A stretch of DNA of 38,942 nucleotides, from the sequence record SRR22947725_7192; one strand, written 5' to 3'. Position 1 is the stretch's first letter; each line of letters begins with the position of its first letter. This document shows positions 7,893-19,347 of the stretch, one piece after another. Position numbers and translations under genes: made by a program. The notes beneath the pieces are model-generated. The model was not told where the DNA came from. It did no database searches and saw only the letters and a program-made list of their open reading frames with translations.

Positions 7893-9574
7893 TGGAAATT
7901 AGCCAGCCCCCAGCGCTAAAACCTGGAGTCCTGCGCGTCATACCGCTCGGGGGGCTTGGCGAAATCGGCCGCAACATGACGGTCTTCGAGCTCGATGAGA
8001 AGATTCTGATTGTCGATTGCGGCGTGCTTTTCCCGGAGGAGACTCAGCCCGGTGTTGACCTAATCCTTCCGGATCTTGGCTATCTAGAAGACAAGCTAGA
8101 TCGCATCATCGGCATGGTGCTCACGCACGGTCACGAGGACCACATTGGCGGCGTTCCCTACCTTCTTAGGATGAGAAGCGACATTCCCATCATGGGCTCG
8201 CAGCTGACCCTGGCACTTATTGAGAGCAAGCTCAAAGAGCATCGAATTAACCCCTTCACCCACACCGTCAAGGAGGGCATGAGGGAGCAGGTCGGACCGT
8301 TCAATCTCGAGTTTCTTGCGGTAAATCACTCGATTCCAGACTCATTGGCCGTTGTGATTCGCAGTGCTGCCGGAAGCATTCTTGCAACAGGCGACTTCAA
8401 GATGGACCAGCTGCCGCTGGATGGTCGGGTTACTGACCTTCGTGGCTTCGCACGCATCGGGGAGGAGGGGCTCGACCTTTTCATGGTCGACAGCACCAAT
8501 GCCGATGTTCCAGGTTTCACCCCGCTCGAGCGGGAGATTGGGCCGGTCATCGAGTCGGTGATTGCGAAGACCCGTGGCAAGGTCGTGGTGGCATCGTTTG
8601 CCTCCCATGTCCATCGGGTTCAGCAGGTAATCGACGCCGCGATCGCCAATGGGCGCAAGGTGGTCTTTGTTGGGCGCAGCATGGTCAAGAACATGGGCAT
8701 CGCCTCCGAGCTTGGCTATCTGAATGTCCCAGCGGATGCCGTTGTCGAGCTCAACGAGAGTGAGCGGATCCCTGACAACCAGCTCGTCTTTATGTCCACC
8801 GGGTCACAAGGCGAGCCAATGGCCGTGCTTTCAAGAATTGCCAACAGCGACCACCGAATCTCTATTGGTGAGCGCGACACTGTCTTGCTCGCGAGCTCTT
8901 TGATACCCGGCAATGAGAATGCGGTCTACAGGGTCATCGATGGCCTCACCAAGCTTGGGGCCAATGTCGTTCACAAGGGCAATGCGAAGGTTCACGTCTC
9001 CGGCCACAGCGCAGCCGGGGAACTCCTCTACTGCTACAACATCTTGCGTCCGCGCAACGTCTTGCCGATTCACGGCGAGTATCGTCACCTAACCGCAAAT
9101 GCCAAGCTTGCGATTCAGACCGGCGTGAATCCCGAGCAGGTGCTCATTGCAGAGGATGGTGCGGTAATTGACCTTGTGGACTCGGTGGCCCGGATTGTTG
9201 GCAGGGTGCCGTGTGACATGCTCTACGTCGATGGCAAGACGGTAGGCAAGATCACCGAGGAGGACCTCCGCGACCGCATGATTTTGGCTGCAGAGGGATT
9301 CATCTCCATCTTTGCCGTGGTGGATAAGCAGACCGGAAGAGTGGTTGAGGGTCCCGAGATTAGGGCCCGCGCCTATGCCGAGGAGGACCATGTCTTCGAT
9401 GACATCGTTCCCGCAATTGAGAGAGCACTAGCTGATGCTGCCAATGACGGTGTTCGAGACAGCTATCAGCTGCAGCAGGTTATTCGCAAAACCGTTGGGT
9501 CATGGGTGGCAAAAGCCCATCGTCGCAAGCCGATGATTATCCCAATCGTTGTCTACTCCTCCCGCCCTGCCTAA
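7892..9574 (+). CDS. rnj: Ribonuclease J
   Basis: PLGGLGEIGRNM, THGHEDHIG, TGSQGEPMA and HVSGH motifs. Confidence 0.96.
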   Translation: MEISQPPALKPGVLRVIPLGGLGEIGRNMTVFELDEKILIVDCGVLFPEETQPGVDLILPDLGYLEDKLDRIIGMVLTHGHEDHIGGVPYLLRMRSDIPIMGSQLTLALIESKLKEHRINPFTHTVKEGMREQVGPFNLEFLAVNHSIPDSLAVVIRSAAGSILATGDFKMDQLPLDGRVTDLRGFARIGEEGLDLFMVDSTNADVPGFTPLEREIGPVIESVIAKTRGKVVVASFASHVHRVQQVIDAAIANGRKVVFVGRSMVKNMGIASELGYLNVPADAVVELNESERIPDNQLVFMSTGSQGEPMAVLSRIANSDHRISIGERDTVLLASSLIPGNENAVYRVIDGLTKLGANVVHKGNAKVHVSGHSAAGELLYCYNILRPRNVLPIHGEYRHLTANAKLAIQTGVNPEQVLIAEDGAVIDLVDSVARIVGRVPCDMLYVDGKTVGKITEEDLRDRMILAAEGFISIFAVVDKQTGRVVEGPEIRARAYAEEDHVFDDIVPAIERALADAANDGVRDSYQLQQVIRKTVGSWVAKAHRRKPMIIPIVVYSSRPA

Positions 9575-9609
9575 CGGGTAAAAGGCCAATGGCTTGCTAG
9601 CTTTTTGGC

Positions 9610-12120
9610 ATGGCTGCAAAGACCCCTCCACCAAGACGGCCGGGTGGAAAGAAACCCTCGCGCCCGGCTCAGTCGAAGGCTGCGCAGCCCAGGGAGAAAA
9701 AGAGCGCAAGGCCCGAGGTGTGGCCAATGTTTACCAAGGGTTACATGGCGCTGGCTCACGGCCTCGGGGGAGTGGTTCGGGCCTTTAGCACAGAGCGTCT
9801 GGCGGAAAATGACCGCCGAGATGGGGCTCCGTTTTTCCTGTTTTTACTGAGCATCCTCGGTGCTGCCTTCGCCTGGTTTTTGATTAATGAAACCTGGGCA
9901 ACATTTATTCACCAGTACAGCTTTGGGATGCTGTTCGGACTTGTTAGTTTTTCGCTACCGGTGATCTTCTTCGCCTACTCGCTGTTTTTGTTTCGGCACC
10001 CCGCATCGATACGCGATGGCTCTAGATTCGCTCTTGGTTTCTGGCTATTTCTCTCGGTCATCTCAGGTTTCTTCCACGTCTTTTTGGGCAGCCCATCGCC
10101 TCAGGATGGTGTGCCGCAGCTAGCTGTGGCAGGCGGACTGTTTGGCTGGTTGGTAGGCGGACCTCTTCTGACACTTCTTACCATCTGGGGAGCTGTACCC
10201 GCGCTCGTGGTTTTGGCAGCTTCATCGGTTTTGATTATGACTGGAACCCCACCCAATCGAATCAAAGCGCGACTGGGCGAGCTCTATCGCTTCCTGTTCA
10301 ACGTCTCAAGCCCAGAGCTTGCCAGCGACGGGTTTGACGGTAAGAAGTCAAAGTGGTGGCAATCCAATAAGTCCTCAGACAGTGCCTTTGAGACTCCGGT
10401 TGTGGACATCCCCGAGTTTGTTGCAGAGGATCTCGAAGAGCCACCCCTTGAGGATCTCCCGGAGGTCGATGTTGCTGAGCCGGAGGTGGACCTTGAGTTC
10501 ATGCATGGCGAAGAGGGCCTGACAGAGCCGATTGACATTCCGCCACCTAAGTCAAAGCGGCCCTACGTTCTTCCCGCAATCGGGCTACTGGGTGCTGGCA
10601 CTCCCGCCAAGGCAAAGAGCGAGGCGAACACGCAGGTGGCTGCCGCCATTGACGAGGTCTTCAAAGAGTTCGACATTCAGGCAAAGGTTTCCGGCTTCCA
10701 GCGCGGACCTACAGTAACCCGCTACGAGGTGGAGTTGGCTTCGGGAGTCAAGGTAGAGGCCGTAACCAGGCTCACCAACAACATCTCCTACGCGGTCGCT
10801 TCAAACGAGGTCAGGATCCTCTCCCCAATTCCTGGTAAGAGCGCCATTGGCATCGAGATTCCAAACTCCGATCGCGAGACTGTCTCCCTGGGGGATGTCT
10901 TGCGCAGCAAGAATTCCACCGGCAGCACCCACCCACTGACCATTGGCGTCGGTAAGGATGTCGAAGGTGGTTACCTGGTTGCCAACCTTGCCAAGATGCC
11001 GCACCTTTTGGTTGCAGGTGCAACCGGCGCTGGTAAGTCGAGTTTCGTTAACTCGATGATCACCTCAATCCTGATGCGCGCCACCCCGGCTGAGGTTCGA
11101 ATGGTGCTGGTGGATCCAAAGCGTGTTGAGCTAAGCGCGTATCAGGGCGTTCCCCACCTGGTCACTCCAATTATCACTAGCCCCAAAAAGGCCGCTGAGG
11201 CCCTGCAGTGGGTGGTGAAGGAGATGGACTCTCGCTATGACGATCTGGCATCCTTTGGCTTCAAGCACATTGATGACTTCAACCGGGCCGTAGTTGCTGG
11301 CGAGATTTCGGTTCCCGAGAACTCCATGCGGGAGCTTCAGCCCTACCCTTACCTACTGGTGGTAGTGGATGAGCTAGCGGATCTAATGATCGTCGCTCCA
11401 AGAGACGTCGAGGATGCGATCGTAAGAATCACCCAGCTTGCCAGGGCCAGCGGAATTCACCTGGTGCTTGCCACGCAGCGGCCGTCGGTGGATGTTGTCA
11501 CCGGTTTGATCAAGGCAAACGTTCCCTCGAGGCTTGCCTTCAGCGTTTCCTCGGTAACCGACTCTCGAGTTATTTTGGACCAGCCGGGAGCTGAGAAGCT
11601 GGTTGGTCAGGGTGATGCACTCTTTGCCCCGATGGGCTCCAATAAGCCGGTGAGGGTTCAGGGAGCCTGGGTGTCAGAGGCGGAAATGGCAAAGGTCGTC
11701 TCTCACGTCAAGCAGCAGATGGAACCCGAGTATCGCTCCGACGTTACGGTTACATCTCAGAGCAAAGTTGTTGACAGCGATATCGGTGATGATCTGGAGC
11801 TGCTTCTTGCCGCTTGCGATCTGGTGGTGAACTCGCAGTTTGGCTCAACCTCGATGCTGCAGCGCAAACTCCGCGTCGGTTTCGCAAAGGCCGGCAGGCT
11901 GATGGATCTGCTCGAGTCGAGGGCAGTGGTTGGTCCATCTGAGGGATCGAAGGCCAGAGAGGTTCTCGTAAAGCCTGAGGACCTTGCGGATACCCTTGCC
12001 AAGATTTCCGGTCAGACCACCGCCGCCGTCGAGGGTGATGTTGCGCCACAAACCTCAACAGGGGAAGATAGCGATGATGAAGACGCGTGGCAGCTCACCG
12101 GCAGAAGAGATGACTTCTAG
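9610..12120 (+). CDS. ftsK: DNA translocase FtsK
   Basis: N-terminal TM domain, Walker [26 protein letters not shown], and the gamma domain [21 protein letters not shown]. Confidence 0.97.
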   Translation: MAAKTPPPRRPGGKKPSRPAQSKAAQPREKKSARPEVWPMFTKGYMALAHGLGGVVRAFSTERLAENDRRDGAPFFLFLLSILGAAFAWFLINETWATFIHQYSFGMLFGLVSFSLPVIFFAYSLFLFRHPASIRDGSRFALGFWLFLSVISGFFHVFLGSPSPQDGVPQLAVAGGLFGWLVGGPLLTLLTIWGAVPALVVLAASSVLIMTGTPPNRIKARLGELYRFLFNVSSPELASDGFDGKKSKWWQSNKSSDSAFETPVVDIPEFVAEDLEEPPLEDLPEVDVAEPEVDLEFMHGEEGLTEPIDIPPPKSKRPYVLPAIGLLGAGTPAKAKSEANTQVAAAIDEVFKEFDIQAKVSGFQRGPTVTRYEVELASGVKVEAVTRLTNNISYAVASNEVRILSPIPGKSAIGIEIPNSDRETVSLGDVLRSKNSTGSTHPLTIGVGKDVEGGYLVANLAKMPHLLVAGATGAGKSSFVNSMITSILMRATPAEVRMVLVDPKRVELSAYQGVPHLVTPIITSPKKAAEALQWVVKEMDSRYDDLASFGFKHIDDFNRAVVAGEISVPENSMRELQPYPYLLVVVDELADLMIVAPRDVEDAIVRITQLARASGIHLVLATQRPSVDVVTGLIKANVPSRLAFSVSSVTDSRVILDQPGAEKLVGQGDALFAPMGSNKPVRVQGAWVSEAEMAKVVSHVKQQMEPEYRSDVTVTSQSKVVDSDIGDDLELLLAACDLVVNSQFGSTSMLQRKLRVGFAKAGRLMDLLESRAVVGPSEGSKAREVLVKPEDLADTLAKISGQTTAAVEGDVAPQTSTGEDSDDEDAWQLTGRRDDF

Positions 12121-12658
12121 AGGCTTTCTCTACCGCCAAACCCCGAACCTAATAACTGGTGCGCGGATTGCGCTGGTTCCTCTCGTGCTTTGGATGCTCT
12201 TTGAGTACTGGGAGAACCCATGGGGCAGATTCTTTGCGATGCTGCTGCTGATTGCCGCAGCCTCGACAGACGGCCTAGATGGCTCCATCGCGAGGCGCCG
12301 CAATCTGATAACCAACCTCGGCAAGATTCTTGACCCAATTGCGGACAAGGCGCTTTTGTCGGGAGCGCTCATCGTGCTGTCGATTTTGGGTGCTGTTCCA
12401 TGGGTGGCGACGCTCATCATTCTCGGTCGTGAGCTCGGCATTACTCTCTATCGTCTGGTTGTGATCAAGAAGCAGGTGCTGGGAGCATCTGGCTGGGGCA
12501 AGTTCAAGACCGTCATGCAGATAGTGGCAATCTGCATGGTGATAGCTCCCTTTGGGTTTCTGGGGGCCTGGTTTGGCTGGCTCACCCAGATAGTGCTCTG
12601 GTTTACCGTCGCCCTCACCGTCTATACGGGTGTGCAGTACCTGGTTCCCAAGAAATGA
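12110..12658 (+). CDS. pgsA: CDP-diacylglycerol--glycerol-3-phosphate 3-phosphatidyltransferase
   Basis: PNLIT..R and the CDP-alcohol phosphotransferase motif [30 protein letters not shown] at 12110. Confidence 0.92.
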   Translation: MTSRGFLYRQTPNLITGARIALVPLVLWMLFEYWENPWGRFFAMLLLIAAASTDGLDGSIARRRNLITNLGKILDPIADKALLSGALIVLSILGAVPWVATLIILGRELGITLYRLVVIKKQVLGASGWGKFKTVMQIVAICMVIAPFGFLGAWFGWLTQIVLWFTVALTVYTGVQYLVPKK

Positions 12659-13134
12659 TTATTGATACGGCCCTCGCGAAGGGGCTCCACATCGCAACCG
12701 CTGAATCAATTACCGGGGGTGCGGTGAGTGCGAGGCTCGCTCAGACGCCGGGAGCCTCAAAGGTTTTGCTTGGGGGAATTACTGCCTACCAAGATCAGAT
12801 CAAGTCGCAGCTAGTCGGAGCCTCCAGCCAGCTGATTGCTCAGCAGAGTGCTGTGGATGCCGAGGTCTGTGCCCAGCTTGCAGAGGGCGTTCGATCGAGG
12901 TTTGCAGGGGCAATGGGGCTTTCAGAAAGCGATGTCATCGGAATCTCAACCACTGGGGTGGCCGGTCCAGATTCGGTTTCGGGTAAAAGCGTTGGCGAGG
13001 TGTTTATCGGCATCTCCTCAAAAGCTGGGGTGAAGGTCTTCTCAGAGAACTTTGCAGGAGATCGGCTTGAAATTATCGAGGCAACTATTCGGCGCTGCGA
13101 GGAAATCCTGCTGGAAGAAATTGCGCTTTGTTGA
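12655..13134 (+). CDS. cinA: CinA C-terminal domain protein (NMN deamidase, PncC-like)
   Basis: ATAESITGG and STTGVAGP motifs; stand-alone domain. Confidence 0.88.
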   Translation: MIIDTALAKGLHIATAESITGGAVSARLAQTPGASKVLLGGITAYQDQIKSQLVGASSQLIAQQSAVDAEVCAQLAEGVRSRFAGAMGLSESDVIGISTTGVAGPDSVSGKSVGEVFIGISSKAGVKVFSENFAGDRLEIIEATIRRCEEILLEEIALC

Positions 13135-13215
13135 GGTTTAGCTTCAGGAAACACTCAGTAACCAGCATTATTCTTTGTCACATCCAGAGGGTAAGTTAGA
13201 GGGCCAGGAGGAAAC

Positions 13216-13530
13216 TTGGTACTACTAAGGCAAGAAATCGGTGACGTGCTGCGCACGCACCGTCAAGAGCGCGGTCAGACGCTGAGGCAGGTTGCATCAA
13301 AGGCCTCGGTCGCCTTGGGCTACCTGTCGGAGGTAGAGCGCGGTCAGAAGGAAGTCTCTTCGGAGATCCTTGCATCGGTTGCCGAGGCACTTGAGGTTCC
13401 ACTGTCTGTAGTAATGCGTGATGTTTCCGAGCGACTAGCTTCGGTTGAGGGCATGTACTTCGACGACACCTTCATTCCAGACACTGTGCCGGACGACTTC
13501 GTCACTGAGGCAGAGCTCTACTCTCACTAG
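13216..13530 (+). CDS. XRE-family HTH regulator (ClgR-like)
   Basis: LLRQEIGDVLR...VALGYLSEVERGQKEVSSEILAS; TTG start after an AGGAGG RBS; usual position after cinA. Confidence 0.88.
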   Translation: MVLLRQEIGDVLRTHRQERGQTLRQVASKASVALGYLSEVERGQKEVSSEILASVAEALEVPLSVVMRDVSERLASVEGMYFDDTFIPDTVPDDFVTEAELYSH

Positions 13531-13757
13531 TGACTCTCAGTCGCTTTCACGAATTAGTTCTCGAGGAATTTGGCGAGCAGTTTTCGCAGGTGGTTCTTAG
13601 AGACACCAGACTTCTCAAATTTGAAGACAAGACCCCTTTTGAGCTAATCAATGCCGGGCTTCATCCCAAGGACATTTGGTTTGCAATTTGCGATCAGCTA
13701 GCGGTTCCAAAAGAGCGTTGGCACGGCAAAACAAAGACAATCAGACACGCCGAATAA
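13530..13757 (+). CDS. DUF3046 domain protein
   Basis: MTLSRFHELVLEEFG...IWFAICDQLAVPKERWHG; usual position before recA. Confidence 0.85.
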   Translation: MTLSRFHELVLEEFGEQFSQVVLRDTRLLKFEDKTPFELINAGLHPKDIWFAICDQLAVPKERWHGKTKTIRHAE

Positions 13758-13763
13758 AGTTAT

Positions 13764-13779
13764 TCGAAATTTTGTTCGA
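13764..13779. promoter_or_regulatory. LexA (SOS) box upstream of recA
   Basis: TCGAAA-TTTT-GTTCGA, one mismatch to the actinobacterial consensus TCGAAC-N4-GTTCGA. Confidence 0.8.
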
Positions 13780-13815
13780 ACGCTTAGAGTTTCAACAACT
13801 CAACTAAATAGCTAG

Positions 13816-13824
13816 TTATCCACA
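13816..13824 (+). promoter_or_regulatory. Consensus DnaA box upstream of recA
   Basis: Exact TTATCCACA in the intergenic region; a single copy, function unproven. Confidence 0.5.
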
Positions 13825-13846
13825 GCGTGTCGGATTACTACAAAAG

Positions 13847-13868
13847 TGTCTGAGCCAGGGTTTAGCTT
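13847..13868 (+). promoter_or_regulatory. Candidate PafBC-type (RecA-NDp) promoter of recA
   Basis: TGTCTG-N10-TAGCTT against the mycobacterial TGTCGG-N10-TANNNT; ends 35 nt before the ATG. Confidence 0.55.
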
Positions 13869-13903
13869 TCCTTCTAGCTAACCCAGAGAGAGAAGAGGAC
13901 CTA

Positions 13904-15001
13904 ATGCCATCAGCAGCAGACCGCGAGAAAGCACTAGAGACTGCGCTAGCGCAGATTGACCGCCAGTTCGGTAAGGGATCGGTCATGCGACTAGGTTCCG
14001 AAGAGCGTGCACCTGTTGAGTCCATCCCCACCGGAGCAATCGCTCTGGATGTGGCGCTCGGCATCGGTGGACTGCCAAGAGGCAGAATTGTTGAGGTCTA
14101 CGGACCAGAGTCCTCAGGTAAGACGACTATCGCCCTGCACGCCATTGCGAGTGCTCAGGCCAAAGGTGGCGTTGCGGCATTCGTTGACGCGGAGCACGCA
14201 CTAGACCCTGAATACGCCAAGAAGCTAGGTGTGAATATCGACGACCTTCTAGTCAGCCAGCCAGATACTGGCGAGCAGGCTTTGGAGATTGCGGACATGC
14301 TGATTCGCTCAGGTTCGGTGGACGTAATCGTCATTGACTCGGTCGCGGCACTGGTGCCACGAGCGGAGATCGAGGGCGAGATGGGTGACAGCCACGTAGG
14401 CCTGCAGGCCAGGCTGATGTCCCAGGCACTCAGGAAGCTCACCGGTGCGTTGAGCAACACCGGAACCACCGCAATCTTTATCAACCAGCTGCGTGAAAAG
14501 ATCGGCGTATTCTTCGGCTCACCCGAGACCACCTCAGGTGGTAAGGCTCTCAAGTTCTACGCCTCGGTTCGTCTAGACATCCGTCGCATTGAAACCCTGA
14601 AGGACGGCCAGGACTCTGTTGGTAACAGGGTTCGAGTCAAGGTGGTCAAGAACAAGCTTGCCGCTCCATTCAGGCAGGCCGAGTTCGACATCCTCTTCGG
14701 AGAGGGCATCTCCCGCGAGGGCGGTCTTATCGATTTCGGTGTCGAGCAGGACATCGTCAAGAAGTCCGGCGCCTGGTACACCTACGAAGGCGAACAGCTC
14801 GGTCAGGGCAAAGAGAACTCAAGGCGCTACCTGAAGGAAAACCCTGAGCTGGCAAATGAGATCGAGCAAAAAATCAAGTCAAAGCTCGGCATCGGAGTGC
14901 CAAGGGCAGTGGCAGATCTTCCAGCCGAGGAAGCTGCTGCAGTTGCAGAAGAAGCGCCAGAGACTTCGGAGCCGGTGGCCAAGGCTGCCAATGACTCTTG
15001 A
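13904..15001 (+). CDS. recA: Recombinase RecA
   Basis: [24 protein letters not shown] and [17 protein letters not shown]; no intein. Confidence 0.99.
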   Translation: MPSAADREKALETALAQIDRQFGKGSVMRLGSEERAPVESIPTGAIALDVALGIGGLPRGRIVEVYGPESSGKTTIALHAIASAQAKGGVAAFVDAEHALDPEYAKKLGVNIDDLLVSQPDTGEQALEIADMLIRSGSVDVIVIDSVAALVPRAEIEGEMGDSHVGLQARLMSQALRKLTGALSNTGTTAIFINQLREKIGVFFGSPETTSGGKALKFYASVRLDIRRIETLKDGQDSVGNRVRVKVVKNKLAAPFRQAEFDILFGEGISREGGLIDFGVEQDIVKKSGAWYTYEGEQLGQGKENSRRYLKENPELANEIEQKIKSKLGIGVPRAVADLPAEEAAAVAEEAPETSEPVAKAANDS

Positions 15002-15479
15002 GCAAAAGGAACTAGACCGGCTCGAGAAGCGAGCTCGTAACGTCTTGCTTTATCAGCTGGGCCGCTCCATGAAAACGCGGCATCAGCTAGGGCAAATAAT
15101 GCACAAGCGCGAGATCCCAGAAGAAGTATTCGAGCCTCTATTGGATCGCTTTACCGAAGCTCAGCTGATTGACGATGCTGCCTACGCTCGGGCTTTTGTG
15201 GCGAGCCGATTCCACCAACGAGGCAAGTCTCTTTCGGCAATCAAGCGCGAACTCAGACAAAAGGGCGTAGCCGAGATGCACATTGAGGAGGCAACAGCGG
15301 AGATTGACTCCGAGCAAGAGCTGGAGCTGGCAATTCAGGTAGCGGTTTCCAGAAACCGAAGGCTTGCCAGCCTGGACGATGCAACCAGGCGACGCAGACT
15401 CACCGGCTTTCTGCAGCGGCGAGGGTTCTCAGGTCCTGTTCTCTCGAGAGCACTGCGAGAGGCAGAGGCTCAGGGGTAA
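14991..15479 (+). CDS. recX: Regulatory protein RecX
   Basis: [22 protein letters not shown] and [16 protein letters not shown] 14991 overlaps the end of recA. Confidence 0.92.
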   Translation: MTLEQKELDRLEKRARNVLLYQLGRSMKTRHQLGQIMHKREIPEEVFEPLLDRFTEAQLIDDAAYARAFVASRFHQRGKSLSAIKRELRQKGVAEMHIEEATAEIDSEQELELAIQVAVSRNRRLASLDDATRRRRLTGFLQRRGFSGPVLSRALREAEAQG

Positions 15480-15491
15480 TATCCCTTAGCA

Positions 15492-16961
15492 ATGTCGCTT
15501 TTCTATGAGGTTCGCACCTACGGGTGCCAAATGAACGTTCACGATTCTGAACGTATCTCTGGCCTGCTCGAGTCTGCGGGGTATGCAAAGGCAGAAGGCC
15601 AGGAAGCTGACCTGGTTGTTTTCAACACCTGCGCTGTTAGGGAGAACGCCGACAACAAGCTTTACGGCAACCTCGGAATGATGCTCGCCCGCAAAGAAAA
15701 GGACCCCAATTTCCAGATTGCCGTTGGCGGCTGTCTGGCCCAAAAGGATCAGAACACGATCTTGAAAAAGGCCCCGTGGGTGGATGTTGTGTTTGGCACC
15801 CACAACATGGGTTCGCTGCCCACTCTCTTGGAGCGGGCAAGGCACAACAACGAGGCCCAGATCGAGATTCTGGAGTCGCTAGAGGTATTTCCATCGACGC
15901 TACCGTCAAAGCGGGAGAGCGCCTATGCGGGTTGGGTGTCGATCTCGGTTGGCTGCAACAACACCTGCACCTTCTGCATCGTCCCCTCGCTTAGGGGTAA
16001 AGAGAAAGACCGCAGGCCTGGTGAGATTCTTGGAGAGATTCAGGCTCTCGTTGACGATGGAGCGGTTGAGGTCACCCTGCTGGGGCAGAACGTCAACACC
16101 TACGGCGTTCAATTCGGAGACAGGGGAGCGTTTGCAAAGCTGCTTCGGGCTTGTGGCGAAATTGAGGGACTAGAGAGAGTGCGCTTCACCTCTCCCCACC
16201 CCGCGGCCTTCACAGAGGATGTAATTGAGGCAATGGCCGAGACCCATAACGTCATGCCGCAGCTTCACATGCCCCTGCAGTCAGGCTCAGATTCCATTCT
16301 CAAGGCAATGCGGCGTAGCTATCGCGCCGAGAAATACCTCGGCATTTTGGATCGAGTTCGAGAGCTAATCCCAAATGCGGCCATCACCACCGACATCATC
16401 GTCGGCTTTCCCGGTGAGACCGAGGAAGACTTTGAGGCCACCATGGAGGTGGTGAGGAAATCGCGTTTCGCCTCGGCCTTCACTTTCCAGTATTCCAAGC
16501 GTCCTGGAACTCCTGCGGCAGAGATGGAGGGCCAGGTGCCTCAGGAGGTGGTTCAGGAGCGCTATGAGCGGCTTTTGGAGCTAGTCAACGCCATTGCCTG
16601 GGAAGAGAACCAAAAGCTCACAGGCAGCGACGTAGAGGTTTTGGTTGCCACTGGCGAAGGCAAGAAGGATTCTCAGACCAACCGCATGACCGGAAGAGCA
16701 AGAGACAACAGGCTCGTTCACTTCGAGATCCCGGAGGGCGCAGAGACCCCCAGGCCTGGAGACGTGGTCACTGTGACGGTAAGTCGAGCAGCTCCCTACT
16801 TCTTGGTTGCTGACTCGGTGGCAGGTTCAAAGTATGAACTCAGGCGAACCGCTGGCGGGGATGCGTGGGACCGCTCTCAACTTGAGTCCTGCGGAGCACC
16901 GGAGCTAGGCGGCAGCAAGGTAACCCTCGGGCTTCCTATTCGGACAAAGCGTGAGCTCTAG
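15492..16961 (+). CDS. miaB: tRNA-2-methylthio-N6-dimethylallyladenosine synthase
   Basis: [21 protein letters not shown], radical-SAM CNNTCTFC and a TRAM domain. Confidence 0.97.
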   Translation: MSLFYEVRTYGCQMNVHDSERISGLLESAGYAKAEGQEADLVVFNTCAVRENADNKLYGNLGMMLARKEKDPNFQIAVGGCLAQKDQNTILKKAPWVDVVFGTHNMGSLPTLLERARHNNEAQIEILESLEVFPSTLPSKRESAYAGWVSISVGCNNTCTFCIVPSLRGKEKDRRPGEILGEIQALVDDGAVEVTLLGQNVNTYGVQFGDRGAFAKLLRACGEIEGLERVRFTSPHPAAFTEDVIEAMAETHNVMPQLHMPLQSGSDSILKAMRRSYRAEKYLGILDRVRELIPNAAITTDIIVGFPGETEEDFEATMEVVRKSRFASAFTFQYSKRPGTPAAEMEGQVPQEVVQERYERLLELVNAIAWEENQKLTGSDVEVLVATGEGKKDSQTNRMTGRARDNRLVHFEIPEGAETPRPGDVVTVTVSRAAPYFLVADSVAGSKYELRRTAGGDAWDRSQLESCGAPELGGSKVTLGLPIRTKREL

Positions 16962-17853
16962 CCTGATAGCGGTCGTCGGGCCGACCGCCTCAGGGAAGTC
17001 GGCTCTAGCAATTCAAATAGCTAAGTCGCTCGGGGATTGCGAAATCATAAGCGCCGACGCGATGCAGCTATACCGGGGGATGGACATTGGCACTGCCAAG
17101 CTCTCACCTAGTGAGCAAGAGGGCATTGCTCATCACCTAATTGACGCTGTGGAGCCGACTGAAGAGGTCACCGCGGTTCAGTATCGCGAGCTTTTTGATG
17201 AGGCGCTGTCAGCCATCGGCAAAAGTGGCAAGACGGCAATAGTTGCAGGTGGCAGCACGCTCTATCTCGCTGCGGCGTTAGATGAGATGCAGTTTGCGCC
17301 AACAGATCCTGAGGTTAGGGCAGCTCTAGAAGCCAAAGCCACAGAAATTGGTCAGTTGGCAATGCATGCTTTGCTCAAGTCGAAGGATCCTGCTGCCGCG
17401 GCAAAAATTCCGGCTAGCAACCTAAGAAGGGTAATCCGGGCGCTTGAGGTGGTTGAGATCAGCGGAAAGTCTTTTGCCGCATCGCTCCCCGAACCTGCCT
17501 ATCGAAGACCCACCACCCAGATCGGCATTCTCGTTGAGCGTGAGCTTCTCAGGGACCGCATCGAACAGCGCGTTCGGGGGATGTGGGAAGCAGGCCTGGT
17601 GGCCGAGGTCGAGGGACTATTGGCACGCTACCCAAACCTTTCAAAGACTGCTCGGGTAGCTATCGGCTATCAGCAGGCGGCAGCCCAGCTCAGCGGCGAG
17701 CTAACTGAAGATCAGGCAATCGCCGAGACCGTGCAGCTCACTCAGCGCTATGCCAAAAAGCAGATGACCTGGTTTAGGAGAGACAGCCGAATAGTTTGGC
17801 TGGATTCTTCCAAGGACTTGCTGGGCGCTGCCATGGATGTAATTAGGCTGTAG
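16951..17853 (+). CDS. miaA: tRNA dimethylallyltransferase
   Basis: [23 protein letters not shown] and [10 protein letters not shown]. Confidence 0.97.
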   Translation: MSSSLIAVVGPTASGKSALAIQIAKSLGDCEIISADAMQLYRGMDIGTAKLSPSEQEGIAHHLIDAVEPTEEVTAVQYRELFDEALSAIGKSGKTAIVAGGSTLYLAAALDEMQFAPTDPEVRAALEAKATEIGQLAMHALLKSKDPAAAAKIPASNLRRVIRALEVVEISGKSFAASLPEPAYRRPTTQIGILVERELLRDRIEQRVRGMWEAGLVAEVEGLLARYPNLSKTARVAIGYQQAAAQLSGELTEDQAIAETVQLTQRYAKKQMTWFRRDSRIVWLDSSKDLLGAAMDVIRL

Positions 17854-17855
17854 TG

Positions 17856-18725
17856 ATGTCCATCAACTTCACCAAGGGCCACGGCACCGGTAACGACTTC
17901 GTTTTGGTTCTTGACGAGATTGGACAGCTGGATTTCTCGGAACTCGAAATACAAAAGCTTTGTGATCGAAACTTTGGGGTTGGGGCAGATGGCCTGATAG
18001 TAATTCGGCCCACCAAATCCAGCGAAGTAGAGGACCTTCTGGACCAGGAGAGTGCTGCAACCTGGTTTATGGACTATCGGAACCGAGACGGTTCCAAGGC
18101 AGAGATGTGTGGCAACGGGATCCGGGTGATGGCTCGCTTTCTTGTTGAGCATGAGCTGGTCAAAATTGACCCGGGTAGCACCCTTCCGATAGCAACCAGG
18201 GCCGGAATCAAAGACCTAACTCAGACCGCGAATGGTTTTGCAGTCGATCTTGGTCGCTTCTCAATCGATGAGGAAGAGGTTCTGGTCAAGGTCGCAGGAC
18301 TGAGAGTTCCGAGACCTGGTTTGAGCGTGGACTTGGGTAACCCTCATGTGGTTGTGGCACTTGCCGACCTTGATGAGCTTGAGCACCTAGATCTTCACAA
18401 GATTCCAATTTTGGACCCGGAGCCTGAAGAAGGCGCAAACGTTGAGTTTGTTGTCATAGACGAGCCCATGATTGTCGAAGGGGTTGCTGGAGTGAGCATG
18501 CGCGTGTTTGAGCGTGGTGTTGGAGAGACCTTGAGCTGCGGCACGGGCGTTGCTGCCTCAGCGCTTGCCGTCAGGCACTGGGCCGGGGGAGAGCAGAACC
18601 ACTGGAAGGTAAGTGTTCCCGGTGGCGATTTAGGCGTGCGGGTATTTCCAACCGAAGACGGCGAACACGTTTCAATAAGTGGTCCGGCCGAGCTTGTCTT
18701 TAGTGGTAGCTGGCGGGGGCTGTAA
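17856..18725 (+). CDS. dapF: Diaminopimelate epimerase
   Basis: [17 protein letters not shown] and [16 protein letters not shown] 17856 (alternative GTG 17853). Confidence 0.96.
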   Translation: MSINFTKGHGTGNDFVLVLDEIGQLDFSELEIQKLCDRNFGVGADGLIVIRPTKSSEVEDLLDQESAATWFMDYRNRDGSKAEMCGNGIRVMARFLVEHELVKIDPGSTLPIATRAGIKDLTQTANGFAVDLGRFSIDEEEVLVKVAGLRVPRPGLSVDLGNPHVVVALADLDELEHLDLHKIPILDPEPEEGANVEFVVIDEPMIVEGVAGVSMRVFERGVGETLSCGTGVAASALAVRHWAGGEQNHWKVSVPGGDLGVRVFPTEDGEHVSISGPAELVFSGSWRGL

Positions 18726-19314
18726 CCCTTATTACTCGGTAGCCCTTGCTGTTTTCTACCTTTGTCACCTGGCAGTCATCAAATTCGCTTGCGAGCCACT
18801 TCTGAAAGCTCTCGGCACCAAGCTGCTTTTGAACCACCAGGTAGGCATTACCCCCAGGCCTGAGTCTCGGAAGATACCTGCGCATCAGTTCGTGAAGTGC
18901 GCTCTTTCCAATGCGAATCGGTGGATTGGACCAGATTGCATCGAATTTCTGGTCTGGTTCCAGACCTGTTGGCATTACAGCCTTTATGTTCTCAAGCCCG
19001 AGGCGCTTTGCATTCTCTATGGTCTGTGACACAGCCCGCTCGTTTATGTCGACCGCGAATACTTCAGTCTCGGGAGAACTAAGCGCGATTGAGAGCGCTA
19101 TCGGGCCCCACCCACACCCTATGTCCAGCACATTGCCTGCAGTTGGAAATTGCTCGTGGAGACTCAATAGGACCTTTGTGCCGGGGTCTAGCTTGGTGGT
19201 AGAGAAGGTGCCGCTAATGCTTAGGGCCTCTATTTCTTTCCCGGCTACTTCAAAGCGGATTGTCCTTTGTCTTCTTTCGACGCTCGGGTCTTCGCTGAAG
19301 TAGTGCTGGGTCAT
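18700..19314 (-). CDS. Class I SAM-dependent methyltransferase (MTS/RsmC-like)
   Basis: HYFS N-terminus, [12 protein letters not shown] and [11 protein letters not shown]. Confidence 0.9.
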   Translation of the reverse strand: MTQHYFSEDPSVERRQRTIRFEVAGKEIEALSISGTFSTTKLDPGTKVLLSLHEQFPTAGNVLDIGCGWGPIALSIALSSPETEVFAVDINERAVSQTIENAKRLGLENIKAVMPTGLEPDQKFDAIWSNPPIRIGKSALHELMRRYLPRLRPGGNAYLVVQKQLGAESFQKWLASEFDDCQVTKVENSKGYRVIRVTAPASYH

Positions 19315-19347
19315 TTCACCAACCTATTACAGGCCTAGTGTTAAGCC

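Noticed and set aside
13904-15001. Possible intein in RecA
   Set aside because: Normal length (365 aa) with contiguous motifs.
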